Origin: an uncultured virus (IMG/VR IMGVR_UViG_3300035498_001325)
Lineage: Duplodnaviria > Heunggongvirae > Uroviricota > Caudoviricetes
Virus record (IMG/VR): IMGVR_UViG_3300035498_001325
Direction: 5' to 3' (one strand)
DNA: 64,000 nt
A model generated the notes under the pieces. It was not told the origin of the DNA, ran no database searches, and worked only from the letters and a program-made list of their open reading frames with translations. This document shows, piece by piece, positions 1-9,144 of this stretch (positions are counted from its first letter, which is position 1; each line of letters starts with the position of its first letter). The position numbers were made by a program, and so were the translations under genes.

Positions 1-86
1 AAGATTTTGATAAGGGAATAAGAACACCTAAATGGTATGAAGCTGATGAATTAAACGAAGATGATTATATCGCTGAATTAGAATAA
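1..86 (+). CDS. 3' end of a gene entering the window; probable N-terminal half (IntN) of a split intein, likely the end of dnaE-N
   Basis: Frame from base 3 reads DFDKGIRTPKWYEADELNEDDYIAELE-stop. W-x-x-A-x-E-L-x-x-x-D-x-I resembles the motif closing intein N-lobes; it is acidic and followed by a terminator. Confidence 0.55.
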   Translation, partial: DFDKGIRTPKWYEADELNEDDYIAELE

Positions 87-112
87 GGTACTCCTTTTGG
101 AGTACCTTTTCT
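85..112. terminator. Bidirectional intrinsic terminator
   Basis: aaggtactcc-tttt-ggagtacctt hairpin plus T-tract between convergent genes. Confidence 0.75.
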
Positions 113-115
113 TTT

Positions 116-1117
116 TTACATTAACTTTAAAGCCAAAACAACACCTTTTAATGTGTCATTATTATTTAATTCTGCTATCTTAGCTATTTTATTTATCATT
201 TTCTTTCTATCGAGCAAATTTCTAAAATCTTGTGTTTTTTTAATTAACGCATTTGTACAAATATCTATTTGTCTTTTTGTGAGTATACCTTCAAGAAATA
301 AAATTGCACTTATATAGTAATAGTAATCATTGTGTTTACTTAAATTAAACTTATTTATACAATCTGAAAAAGTAATATTATAAGTTTCTATGTTTTCATC
401 AAATATAAATAGATTTACTATCTTAAAATAAGAATTTAATAATTTCATTCGTTTTTCTTTAGGAACTTCCCAACTTATTAAACATTCTTTAATTTCTTTT
501 AAATCCATTATATTAAATAAACGAGCAACAAAATATTCATCCTCACTAAAAACATTATATTGTAAGAGTATATCATATAAATTATGTTTTTTAATAATGT
601 TTTTTGCAAGGAATTTTTTATTTAATGTACTATCTGTTAAAAATGCTGTAATTATTTTTTTATTTTTATCTTTTTCCCAAAGACTTAGCTTTACCATTTT
701 ATTTAAGATGGTATTAGACATTTCTTTAATAATATGCGATAACATAACATTGTCCATTTTATCATAACTGCTTCTTTCTATCCCGATTAGAATATCGCAG
801 CAATTGATAAAATCTAATTTTTTAAATTTATTTAAACATAAATTCCAAAAGTTTTCTTTTGATAAAATATGTTTTTCTCCTAATATCTTATTGCTAAACA
901 AATCACAATCAAAATATTTGGGGTATTTTTTAAAGACTTCATACAAATCTTTACCTGTTATATATTTGTTTACTAACTCAATAAAATCTTTTTCAGACAT
1001 ATTTTCTACGTGAGATAGATAATATTTCTTTTGATAAAAGTTCATATTATCAGTAATAACCCTATCTATTTCTTCTGTTGTATAAACTGTATCATCATAA
1101 ACTCCTACTTCTTTCAA
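116..1117 (-). CDS. Hypothetical protein, member of the C-terminal L-x-G-x5-K-L family
   Basis: 333-aa ORF ending DTLKGVVLALKLM. Confidence 0.75.
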   Translation of the reverse strand: MKEVGVYDDTVYTTEEIDRVITDNMNFYQKKYYLSHVENMSEKDFIELVNKYITGKDLYEVFKKYPKYFDCDLFSNKILGEKHILSKENFWNLCLNKFKKLDFINCCDILIGIERSSYDKMDNVMLSHIIKEMSNTILNKMVKLSLWEKDKNKKIITAFLTDSTLNKKFLAKNIIKKHNLYDILLQYNVFSEDEYFVARLFNIMDLKEIKECLISWEVPKEKRMKLLNSYFKIVNLFIFDENIETYNITFSDCINKFNLSKHNDYYYYISAILFLEGILTKRQIDICTNALIKKTQDFRNLLDRKKMINKIAKIAELNNNDTLKGVVLALKLM

Positions 1118-1255
1118 TACATACGCACGTCCTTTCTAAAATCAATTATAATGGCTGTATTTTGCGTTGTACGAGGTTTTGTTTAACCTTAGGTATAATT
1201 GTTTACCTAAAGTTAAATCGCCTTGTAATTGAAAATACAGCCTTTATATGGTATA

Positions 1256-2380
1256 TTAACCTCTTAATTTAGCAGTAACAATTTTTCTTATACCAATCAT
1301 ATCTTTAAGTTCTACGTCACATCTTTTCTTTGTGAAAGCATCGATATATTTAAGTTCGTTTATATCGGTTGATACAATAGTCATATCAAGTATTCTTTTA
1401 AGATAAAGATTAAAAGCATCGGTAGGAACATTAGTACCTAAACAAACAATAAGATTGATATACATAATCAAATTGCAATTATACAAGTAACCTTTTGCTT
1501 GTAAAGCCTTGTAAATAAGATTTCTCTGATAAAATTCAAGGTGTCTTACTGTAATTCTATTGAAAGGAGTACAAGAAAGGTATCTTGCTATAACTCCTGT
1601 ATCAGTAGATGGCTGAAGAATTACTGTACTTGGCATTTTTGATAAGAATGCATCGCTTATATTTGCAGGGTTTGTTAAAATAGTTTTTACCATACTTGGC
1701 ATATGCTGAAAGAGGTAATTAACCGTTTCCTCATCAATAGAGTTCATACATTCAACAAGTTTAGATTCACTTTGAATAGAACTACCTCTGCTTGCAATGA
1801 TTGCTAAATCAGCAATGTTCTGCTTCATTGTCTTATTCATATAACGATTACAAATAATAAGCGTATCGCAAAGATTTGTTAATTCGTTACTTCTTGAAGA
1901 ATAATACTTAATAAAACTAAATAATGCTTCCCATACCTTGTCAGTAGATTGATTTACAATAGTTTCAAGAGTTTCAATAAAACCCTCACCATCATTTCTC
2001 AATATATTATTGAGCTGTCTGTAAGTAAGCTTATTAGCAATTAAATTGTAAACCTGTGTACCTACAATAATATTTACTTTTTTAAGAGTATTTGCAACAA
2101 CATACTCATTCTTATTGAACAGTTCATTCAAAGCTGCTGTAACCTGTGAATTAGAACCTGATGTGTTTATTTTATTAAGAATATTTTCATCATAATCACT
2201 GATTACTACAACAGGTGAACTCTGAATAGGTGTATAAGTAGAAGTTGTTGTATAATTAGAAGTTGGTCTATAAGTAGTATCGTAATCGTCATACTTTGTA
2301 GCTGTTTGTGCATTTCCTTCGATAGTACCATAGTCAACTAAGTTCTTTATGTTGTTTATAACTTTCTTGAAATTCATCAT
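1256..2380 (-). CDS. Hypothetical protein (start revised to 2380)
   Basis: SD aaggagg precedes the ATG at 2380; the longer start overlaps its own promoter. Confidence 0.75.
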   Translation of the reverse strand: MMNFKKVINNIKNLVDYGTIEGNAQTATKYDDYDTTYRPTSNYTTTSTYTPIQSSPVVVISDYDENILNKINTSGSNSQVTAALNELFNKNEYVVANTLKKVNIIVGTQVYNLIANKLTYRQLNNILRNDGEGFIETLETIVNQSTDKVWEALFSFIKYYSSRSNELTNLCDTLIICNRYMNKTMKQNIADLAIIASRGSSIQSESKLVECMNSIDEETVNYLFQHMPSMVKTILTNPANISDAFLSKMPSTVILQPSTDTGVIARYLSCTPFNRITVRHLEFYQRNLIYKALQAKGYLYNCNLIMYINLIVCLGTNVPTDAFNLYLKRILDMTIVSTDINELKYIDAFTKKRCDVELKDMIGIRKIVTAKLRG

Positions 2381-2431
2381 ATTTGTTTCCTCCTTAAATG
2401 TGTTAGTGTTGTTTTGTTTTACTGTAAATAT

Positions 2432-2460
2432 ATTATAGCACATTTTCTAATGTTTGTCAA
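2432..2460 (-). promoter_or_regulatory. Sigma-A type promoter
   Basis: TTGACA-17-TATAAT on the minus strand. Confidence 0.8.
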
Positions 2461-2494
2461 GTACTTTTTAAGATAAAAAACTAAAAAATAATAC

Positions 2495-2523
2495 TTGACA
2501 AATAACGGTATTTGTGATATAAT
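2495..2523 (+). promoter_or_regulatory. Sigma-A type promoter
   Basis: TTGACA-17-TATAAT with extended TG. Confidence 0.8.
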
Positions 2524-2585
2524 GAGTATACAAAACAAAAAAACACTAATTATAAAAAGATAACTATAAAAAGGAGGCTTTAATT

Positions 2586-3071
2586 ATGTATGGTATATTT
2601 TATGATGAAGAAAAAACAAGAGAATTGAGTTATGATAACCTTAAAACTTATTTAGCAACAAAGAAACCAAAAAACCTTTTGGAGTATATGTTAAAAAAAA
2701 CTAATGGTATTGTATTTTACAATATTTCATTTTATGGCGATGCTTTTAAGAAAGGCTTGATAAATAGAGATGATATAAGGAGAGATTTATTTGACCTTGT
2801 ATTGCAGGGAAATATCTTTGCTATTGAAACAGGTAGTATAAATCTTTCAATAAATGGTACTGATGATTTTCTTTCATTATATAAATATGGTGGTTTCACT
2901 CTTGAAGATATAGAGAGAATATACGCAGCAGTAGAAGAAAATTATAAAGACTATTATTATAAGCTCTATGAAAGATTAAGATTTGAAAAGAAAGAAGAAG
3001 TAGAAGAATTTATTAATGTTATTAAAGAATACTATAATTGTAATCTTTATGCAAAAGATAATTGTTATTAA
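2586..3071 (+). CDS. Hypothetical protein (weak paralogue of 28728..29260)
   Basis: SD aaggagg, own promoter and terminator. Confidence 0.75.
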   Translation: MYGIFYDEEKTRELSYDNLKTYLATKKPKNLLEYMLKKTNGIVFYNISFYGDAFKKGLINRDDIRRDLFDLVLQGNIFAIETGSINLSINGTDDFLSLYKYGGFTLEDIERIYAAVEENYKDYYYKLYERLRFEKKEEVEEFINVIKEYYNCNLYAKDNCY

Positions 3072-3311
3072 AAAGATAATGATTAAAATTATTTTAAAAA
3101 GCGGACTTTAATAGTTCGCTTTTATTATAATTTATTATATTTTATCACTTGACAGCATACTATTATTAGTAGTATAATATATGTATGGATATCCAAAAAA
3201 GCAACACAAAATAATATTTTTAACTAAGAAACAGTCGTATATAGTAGAAATATATATGATTAACAGAACATTTTATTTTTTAAATAAAAAAGAAGAAAAG
3301 GAGATTGAAAA

Positions 3312-4193
3312 ATGAATACATTTAATATTGACGAGGTTGCAGACGGACAGGTAGTGACTATTGATGCTGTTTTAACTAATTTAGCATTTATAAAAGCTAA
3401 GAATAATAGCTTTTTTATTTCAGGTACAACTTCCAATAAAGACGTGTCTATTCCAATTCGTGTATGGAACGCAGAAGAAAATCAATACGAAACATTAAAA
3501 AATACTAAGTTTATTTCTTTATTAGGAACTATAAGCATTTATAATGGAACGAAAAGTTTAATTATAAACAAAACAAAGAAATTAGAAAATTATAATCCTA
3601 ATGATTTTATTCCTATGTATGAAATTACTGATGAAAAAAAGTTTTTCATTAGGACTATCATAGATAATATCGAGAACGAAAATTATAAAAAGCTAATAGA
3701 TAGTTTAATAACAAAGAAATATTGCAAATTAGGTTGTTCTATTTTTAAGTACAATAAGTATAATGGTAATTATGAATATATTTATGATTTACTTAATATG
3801 GCTGATTCTTTATTAAGAAATAATAGCTCAGAGTTGTACGCTAATATAGATAAAGAAGCAATTTATACAGCGTTGATTTTGTATAATATTGGTAGTATAG
3901 AAGCTCAGAAATATGATGAGTTTAGAATGGCTGATGATTTAACAACAATAGGTAAGTTATTAAGTGTGCCTGTATTATCTTTAAAAATCATCGTGGAAAC
4001 TTGTAAAGAACAAGAGATAGATACAAATGGTATAGATATTGTAACATTGTTATCTCTTATTACAAGCAATAACAATGGTAAACCTGCTAATATTAAAGAT
4101 GTACAGTTCTTTAGACAGATTATTTATATAGTGGAAAGTTTTTGTAAGATGGAAACTTCTATTTCAGATATAGTAGAAACAAAAGAGGTGTAA
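3312..4193 (+). CDS. YhaM/CBF1-like OB+HD protein with degenerate active site
   Basis: Collinear with 5058..6038, but has LYNIG in place of LHDIG and lacks the HH motifs. Confidence 0.65.
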   Translation: MNTFNIDEVADGQVVTIDAVLTNLAFIKAKNNSFFISGTTSNKDVSIPIRVWNAEENQYETLKNTKFISLLGTISIYNGTKSLIINKTKKLENYNPNDFIPMYEITDEKKFFIRTIIDNIENENYKKLIDSLITKKYCKLGCSIFKYNKYNGNYEYIYDLLNMADSLLRNNSSELYANIDKEAIYTALILYNIGSIEAQKYDEFRMADDLTTIGKLLSVPVLSLKIIVETCKEQEIDTNGIDIVTLLSLITSNNNGKPANIKDVQFFRQIIYIVESFCKMETSISDIVETKEV

Positions 4194-4196
4194 TGT

Positions 4197-4403
4197 ATGC
4201 AAATCTTTGAGTTTATGAATCAAAGTCAATTTACTATGCAAGATAGTAGTGATTTTGAAAAAGAGTTAGAATCCGAATTAGACTTTAACGATATAAGTAT
4301 GTCAGATAAAGGTAGGAATGAAGATTATAACGATATAAATATAAACAAAGATGTAAAAGTAAATATTCCACAACAAGATAAATATTTATTTAGTTTTCTT
4401 TAA
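4197..4403 (+). CDS. Small acidic hypothetical protein
   Basis: SD gaggtg; follows 3312..4193; terminator at about 4412-4433. Confidence 0.6.
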   Translation: MQIFEFMNQSQFTMQDSSDFEKELESELDFNDISMSDKGRNEDYNDININKDVKVNIPQQDKYLFSFL

Positions 4404-4434
4404 AATAAAAAAGAGAGGTTTTATCCTCTCTTTT

Positions 4435-4704
4435 TTATTCGATATTATCGTGCATCATATCCATCATTTCAAAGAAATCTGATTTTTCAAATTCTCTATC
4501 TTCTTTTTTAGCTCTAACAACTGTATATGCTGCATAATAACAAAACATACTAATAATAAACATTACACCCGACATAAACAGACCAAGTTCCAATATTTCA
4601 TAACAGATTGATATTCCTAAAAACATAATTGCAGATATTATACCTAATGTACCGCAAAAAATCATTGTAATATCGTCATCGTCTTTGTATTTTCTTTTTC
4701 TCAT
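4435..4704 (-). CDS. Small membrane protein, two predicted TM helices (start revised to 4704)
   Basis: Two hydrophobic stretches; SD ggagg; ATGA overlap with the upstream gene. Confidence 0.65.
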   Translation of the reverse strand: MRKRKYKDDDDITMIFCGTLGIISAIMFLGISICYEILELGLFMSGVMFIISMFCYYAAYTVVRAKKEDREFEKSDFFEMMDMMHDNIE

Positions 4705-4877
4705 AGTTCTACCTCCGTGTTTAACCATAATAAAATCTTATCTAAACAGGTTTCTGTATTTATTATGCAATCGTCATTTATACCATCATAACAAATACAG
4801 TGTTCACAGGCTAATTTTGTTAATAATTTAGCCATATCTAAAATCTCCATTTCCTTTAAGCTTTCGTAATTTGTCAT
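4701..4877 (-). CDS. Small Cys-rich phage protein, 58 aa (not in ORF track)
   Basis: MTNYESLKEMEILDMAKLL..CEHC..C..C..WLNTEVEL; SD gaggagg; promoter at 4899-4927. Confidence 0.7.
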   Translation of the reverse strand: MTNYESLKEMEILDMAKLLTKLACEHCICYDGINDDCIINTETCLDKILLWLNTEVEL

Positions 4878-4898
4878 TATTTCCTCCTCACTCGATAT

Positions 4899-4927
4899 AT
4901 TATACTATACTTTTTAAAGTTTGTCAA
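4899..4927 (-). promoter_or_regulatory. Sigma-A type promoter
   Basis: TTGACA-17-TATAAT on the minus strand. Confidence 0.75.
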
Positions 4928-5057
4928 GCTTTTTAAAATTTTTATTATTATATTTTTTGATAATATTAGTTAATAATATATTATAACTATTATATAATAA
5001 GTAAAATAACAAAAACCAATAAATAAAAATATATTTTAAGGAAAGGAAAAAGTAATT

Positions 5058-6038
5058 ATGGCAAAATTAAATACATTTGAAATATCCAAATTACAAAAGG
5101 GTGACACAGGAGTTGTTGACCTTGTTATAAGTAATAGTGAATTAAGAGAGAAAAAGAATGGCGAATTGTTTATAGATGGTTATGGCTCTAATATGACAAT
5201 TCCGCAGGTTAGATTTAAGTGCTGGGATAACATCACAGAATCTATGTATAGTGAAATATTTAAGAAGATAGGTGCTATAAGAATTAAATATCGTTGTGAT
5301 GAATATAATGGAGAAAGATATTTAAATGTTTTTCAATATGAAGATATAACAGAAGAAGCTTGTGATATTGATGGTCTTATTCCACAATGTAAAATATCTA
5401 CTGAGAACTTAAAAAAGTATTTCCATAATGTTGTTAGTAAAATACAAACAGAAAGCTATCAAGCAATAATAAATGAATTATTAGTAGATAGATTTTTTGA
5501 AATAGGTGCAGCTTTTATTTGTCATCATAATAGAAGGGGCGGTTTAGCAGAACACACTTATCAAGTATTATGTGCTGCTAAGTCTTTAGTTGAAAGAGAT
5601 AAGTCAGAAGTTTATAGTAATGTAAATCCTGATTTATTATATACAGGTTGTATATTACACGATATAGGTAAATTAAGAGAATTTCACGCAAACTGTTTTG
5701 GAATAATTGATGATTATTCAACAGCAGGAAAATTACACGGGCATATAAATATGGGTGTTGATATGATAAATGAGTGTTGTTATAAATTAGGTATCGATAA
5801 ATACTCAGAAGAAATTATGTTATTAAACCATTTAATACTTTCACATCACGGTAAAGAAGAATGGGGAAGCCCTGTTAAACCTCAAACACTTGAAGCTATA
5901 GTGTTAAGTTATTGCGACAATTTAAGTGCTAAAGCAGATGCAGCTAAAGCAGAATTAGATAAAATAGCGGAAGGTGAATGGAGTGGTAAGGTTTTCTCAT
6001 TGGATAACACAAGATTATATAATCATAAATCAGAGTAA
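5058..6038 (+). CDS. YhaM/CBF1-family 3'-5' exoribonuclease (OB fold + HD domain)
   Basis: CHHNRRGGLAEH, LHDIGK, GHI, SHHGKEEWGSP, CDNLSA motifs. Confidence 0.85.
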   Translation: MAKLNTFEISKLQKGDTGVVDLVISNSELREKKNGELFIDGYGSNMTIPQVRFKCWDNITESMYSEIFKKIGAIRIKYRCDEYNGERYLNVFQYEDITEEACDIDGLIPQCKISTENLKKYFHNVVSKIQTESYQAIINELLVDRFFEIGAAFICHHNRRGGLAEHTYQVLCAAKSLVERDKSEVYSNVNPDLLYTGCILHDIGKLREFHANCFGIIDDYSTAGKLHGHINMGVDMINECCYKLGIDKYSEEIMLLNHLILSHHGKEEWGSPVKPQTLEAIVLSYCDNLSAKADAAKAELDKIAEGEWSGKVFSLDNTRLYNHKSE

Positions 6039-6071
6039 AAATTAGAGGGTGGATTTAATTATCCACCCTTT

Positions 6072-6440
6072 TTATACTGAATCGTTTTCTATATTATATG
6101 TATTTTGCAAATAAGCTAGATTCTCAATACAATTATTTAATGCTTCTACTTCTGTATTCCCGTATCCAAGTATACTTATTTTTGAAAAATCAACAGATGT
6201 TACTATATATTCACATTTCCAAATATAATCTTTTATTTCTGTATATGAGTTTTCACAATTAACTGATATTTTATATGTTTCATCTTTTTGTGACCAAGGA
6301 GAATTTATAAATAAAGCCCATTGCTGCATATCTTCTTCTGATATTTTTTCATCATTTTCATTATAGAAAGTTTTAAAATCATCAGTATAATAATTTTCTT
6401 TTTCCATATAATCGAAACTGCCTGCTAAATATTTTTTCAT
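6072..6440 (-). CDS. Hypothetical protein
   Basis: SD ggaggtg; promoter at 6460-6488. Confidence 0.7.
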   Translation of the reverse strand: MKKYLAGSFDYMEKENYYTDDFKTFYNENDEKISEEDMQQWALFINSPWSQKDETYKISVNCENSYTEIKDYIWKCEYIVTSVDFSKISILGYGNTEVEALNNCIENLAYLQNTYNIENDSV

Positions 6441-6459
6441 TGTTTCACCTCCTATATTT

Positions 6460-6525
6460 ATTATATCACATATATTTTATATTGTCAAACTGTTTATTGA
6501 CAAATAACGAAAAATATAGTATAAT
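6460..6525. promoter_or_regulatory. Back-to-back divergent sigma-A promoters
   Basis: Minus 6460-6488 and plus 6497-6525, both TTGACA-17-TATAAT. Confidence 0.8.
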
Positions 6526-6550
6526 CTTTTTAAGAGGTGGTGAATAATAT

Positions 6551-7642
6551 ATGTATATGAAAGCAAATTATGGAATGTCAAATTTTATGGAAGCTTATTT
6601 GAAAACTACTGATGATATTGTTAATAATAGAATGTTTTTTAAAGAAAAATGTATGGACATATTTACTCTTATAAACTATTCTCCAATAATATTGGAGGAT
6701 ATATATGATTGGTTAATTAATTCTTGTTTTAATACTATATGCTTCACAAGAAATGGACATACTTGTTTTATAAGTGATTTTTTTAGCTTGATACAAAAAA
6801 GAATAGAAATAGTTAATAGGCATCCAACAAATTTAAGGTTTGATTGTAATGATAATAAAAAAGAAAAAGCTCAAAAATCTTTAGATATTATCAACTCTAA
6901 ATGTTTTAAAATAGTAGGTAAGAGCTTTAAACAAATATTGAACGATTGCATTAAAAATATGCCATTAGATAAACATTCGGATATGAGTGTTTATTATTTA
7001 TTAGCTAAAATAGGAACAACTTATATAAATAAAGAAAATATTATAAAGCTGTTTGATAGAATGGTTATTTTAGAAGAAGAAAAGAAATATGCTTATTCTA
7101 ACGGACAATTCACTTTATTGGAAGATTTTTTAGTTGTTAATCTTATTGATTACTTAAAAAACTATCCTGAATACATTATTCCTTATTTAAAACACCATAA
7201 TATTGAATTTGGTAATTATATTAGAACAAGCCCTGATAAGTTTAATGTTTTATCTTTTGTTGCAATGCTGCAAACTAATAAAGAAATGTATGAGATATTT
7301 TCAATTAAGAGCTGTCAAACTGCTATTTTGTTTAAATTGGCTAATATGAAGATAGAAGATGTGATAAAACATAAAAAATATATAAATATACTTCCTATTG
7401 ATGAAAAACACTTAATAGATAACCAAATAAAAAAAGGAAAAGCGGATGTTTTAATTAGATATATCTTATTACAGGATAATATTACATTAGAAAGAGAAAC
7501 TCAGCTTTTAAATTTGGTTGCTAAATATAAGAAAATGTTTACGGAAAAAAATGTTCAATATATAATAGATAATTATGAATGTAAATATGATGAAAACAAA
7601 GACCTATTAAATGGATATTTGTTAGCAAGTAAATTGAGGTAG
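6551..7642 (+). CDS. Hypothetical protein, paralogue of 7752..8906
   Basis: Near-identical last ~70 aa to the next gene; ends DLLNGYLLASKLR. Confidence 0.8.
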   Translation: MYMKANYGMSNFMEAYLKTTDDIVNNRMFFKEKCMDIFTLINYSPIILEDIYDWLINSCFNTICFTRNGHTCFISDFFSLIQKRIEIVNRHPTNLRFDCNDNKKEKAQKSLDIINSKCFKIVGKSFKQILNDCIKNMPLDKHSDMSVYYLLAKIGTTYINKENIIKLFDRMVILEEEKKYAYSNGQFTLLEDFLVVNLIDYLKNYPEYIIPYLKHHNIEFGNYIRTSPDKFNVLSFVAMLQTNKEMYEIFSIKSCQTAILFKLANMKIEDVIKHKKYINILPIDEKHLIDNQIKKGKADVLIRYILLQDNITLERETQLLNLVAKYKKMFTEKNVQYIIDNYECKYDENKDLLNGYLLASKLR

Positions 7643-7692
7643 AATAAATCTACCTCTTTTTTATAAAGATAAATTTTAATACTAAAAAATTC

Positions 7693-7721
7693 TTGACAAA
7701 CAATAAAAAGTATGATATAAT
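7693..7721 (+). promoter_or_regulatory. Sigma-A type promoter
   Basis: TTGACA-17-TATAAT with TG. Confidence 0.8.
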
Positions 7722-7751
7722 ATAATTGTAAACAAAGAAAGGAGGAAAATT

Positions 7752-8906
7752 ATGAAAGGCTTTGAAAATTTTTCTATTGATTTTAGAGTAAAAAACAATA
7801 AAAAAGAAATGGAAAAAGTTAAGAAGTTTCTTGAAGAACCAAAGCATAGAGATTTTGAAAAAACTCTTTTAGAAAAATATAACATAATAGATATTTTTCA
7901 ACTTATAGAATGTGCTAATGGTTCTTTAAAAAGATATTATAAAAAACTTTTATCTACTCAACTTAGTATTTTATTTCAGATGGGTTCTAAAGAAGTAGTT
8001 CCTAAAATATATTATATCCCATCAATAACGATAAGTAATACTTTTAATTCAATACTCGATAATGTCAGATGTATTACTACATACAAACCAACCTCTAAAA
8101 AATATATTAGAGCAAAATTAAAGATGCAGGAGTTTGACAAAAAATGTATTAAAGTTTTTGGTAGAGATTTCAAAGAGATACTTAATGATTGTATTAAAGA
8201 AACTTTAAACAAATACAGCGGAATTTTCTATGGTAGAGTTTTGAAATTTAGTATCATTCTTACTTATTTCAGTTCAGACTTTTTAACACTTAAAAATATG
8301 AGGGGAATGTTAAGATTTATTCATCGTCATCAGATTGGCAATCCTTCATATTTGTTTAACAGATATTTCTCAATAAATAAGTTAATACAATGCTATATTA
8401 CAGCCCCTTCTTATATGACAGAATATTGTTCAATGAGTTATGAATTTAACGATGAGTATATTAAATATCTTATTCGTTGTCTAAAAGACAAAAATACGGT
8501 AAATTCTATAATGAATTTAAGTAACATTTCATTAAGAACAAAACAAGTATTGAAAAGTTATGATTTTTGGGAAACGATAAAATATAAAAGCAAATTGCCT
8601 GAATTTTCTAAACTTACTTTTAAAAACAATGTTGAAGAACTTTATCGTCAAATGAATTTTGATGAAAAACAATTAATAATTGGCAATATGAAAAAAGGTA
8701 ATGCTGATGTTTTGGTTAGTTATATATCTTTACAAGATAATATTTCTTTAGAAAAAGAAAAAGAACTTTTAAATTTGATTATTAAGTATAAAAAAATGTT
8801 TACAGAAGAAAATGTTCAATATATAGTAGATAATTATAATTGTAAATATGAAGAAAACAAAGATTTGTTGAATGGGTATTTGTTTGCAAGTAAATTAAAT
8901 TCCTGA
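7752..8906 (+). CDS. Hypothetical protein, paralogue of 6551..7642
   Basis: SD aaggagg; ends DLLNGYLFASKLNS. Confidence 0.8.
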   Translation: MKGFENFSIDFRVKNNKKEMEKVKKFLEEPKHRDFEKTLLEKYNIIDIFQLIECANGSLKRYYKKLLSTQLSILFQMGSKEVVPKIYYIPSITISNTFNSILDNVRCITTYKPTSKKYIRAKLKMQEFDKKCIKVFGRDFKEILNDCIKETLNKYSGIFYGRVLKFSIILTYFSSDFLTLKNMRGMLRFIHRHQIGNPSYLFNRYFSINKLIQCYITAPSYMTEYCSMSYEFNDEYIKYLIRCLKDKNTVNSIMNLSNISLRTKQVLKSYDFWETIKYKSKLPEFSKLTFKNNVEELYRQMNFDEKQLIIGNMKKGNADVLVSYISLQDNISLEKEKELLNLIIKYKKMFTEENVQYIVDNYNCKYEENKDLLNGYLFASKLNS

Positions 8907-9030
8907 TGAATTAAATATTTATTTTTAAAAGACAGAGTAAAATCTGTCTTTTTTATTGCAAAAAATTAAAAAAAATATTTTTTCTTTATATATAAAGGCA
9001 AATATACAAAAAAGGAGAGTGAAAGAACAA

Positions 9031-9144
9031 ATGAAGTTTACAAGAATTGTAAGAAAAAAATACCAACAGTATAAAGGTAAGGTTTATGATTTAACTGTTG
9101 AAGATAGTCATTCTTACAATATTGATAATTTAGTGGTTCATAAT
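9031..9144 (+). mobile_element. C-terminal half (IntC, 38 aa) of a naturally split intein
   Basis: SD aaggag then MKFTRIVRKK..VYDLTVEDSHSY..VVHN, followed by +1 Ser of the DnaE GRG-S-x-AGS motif. Confidence 0.9.
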
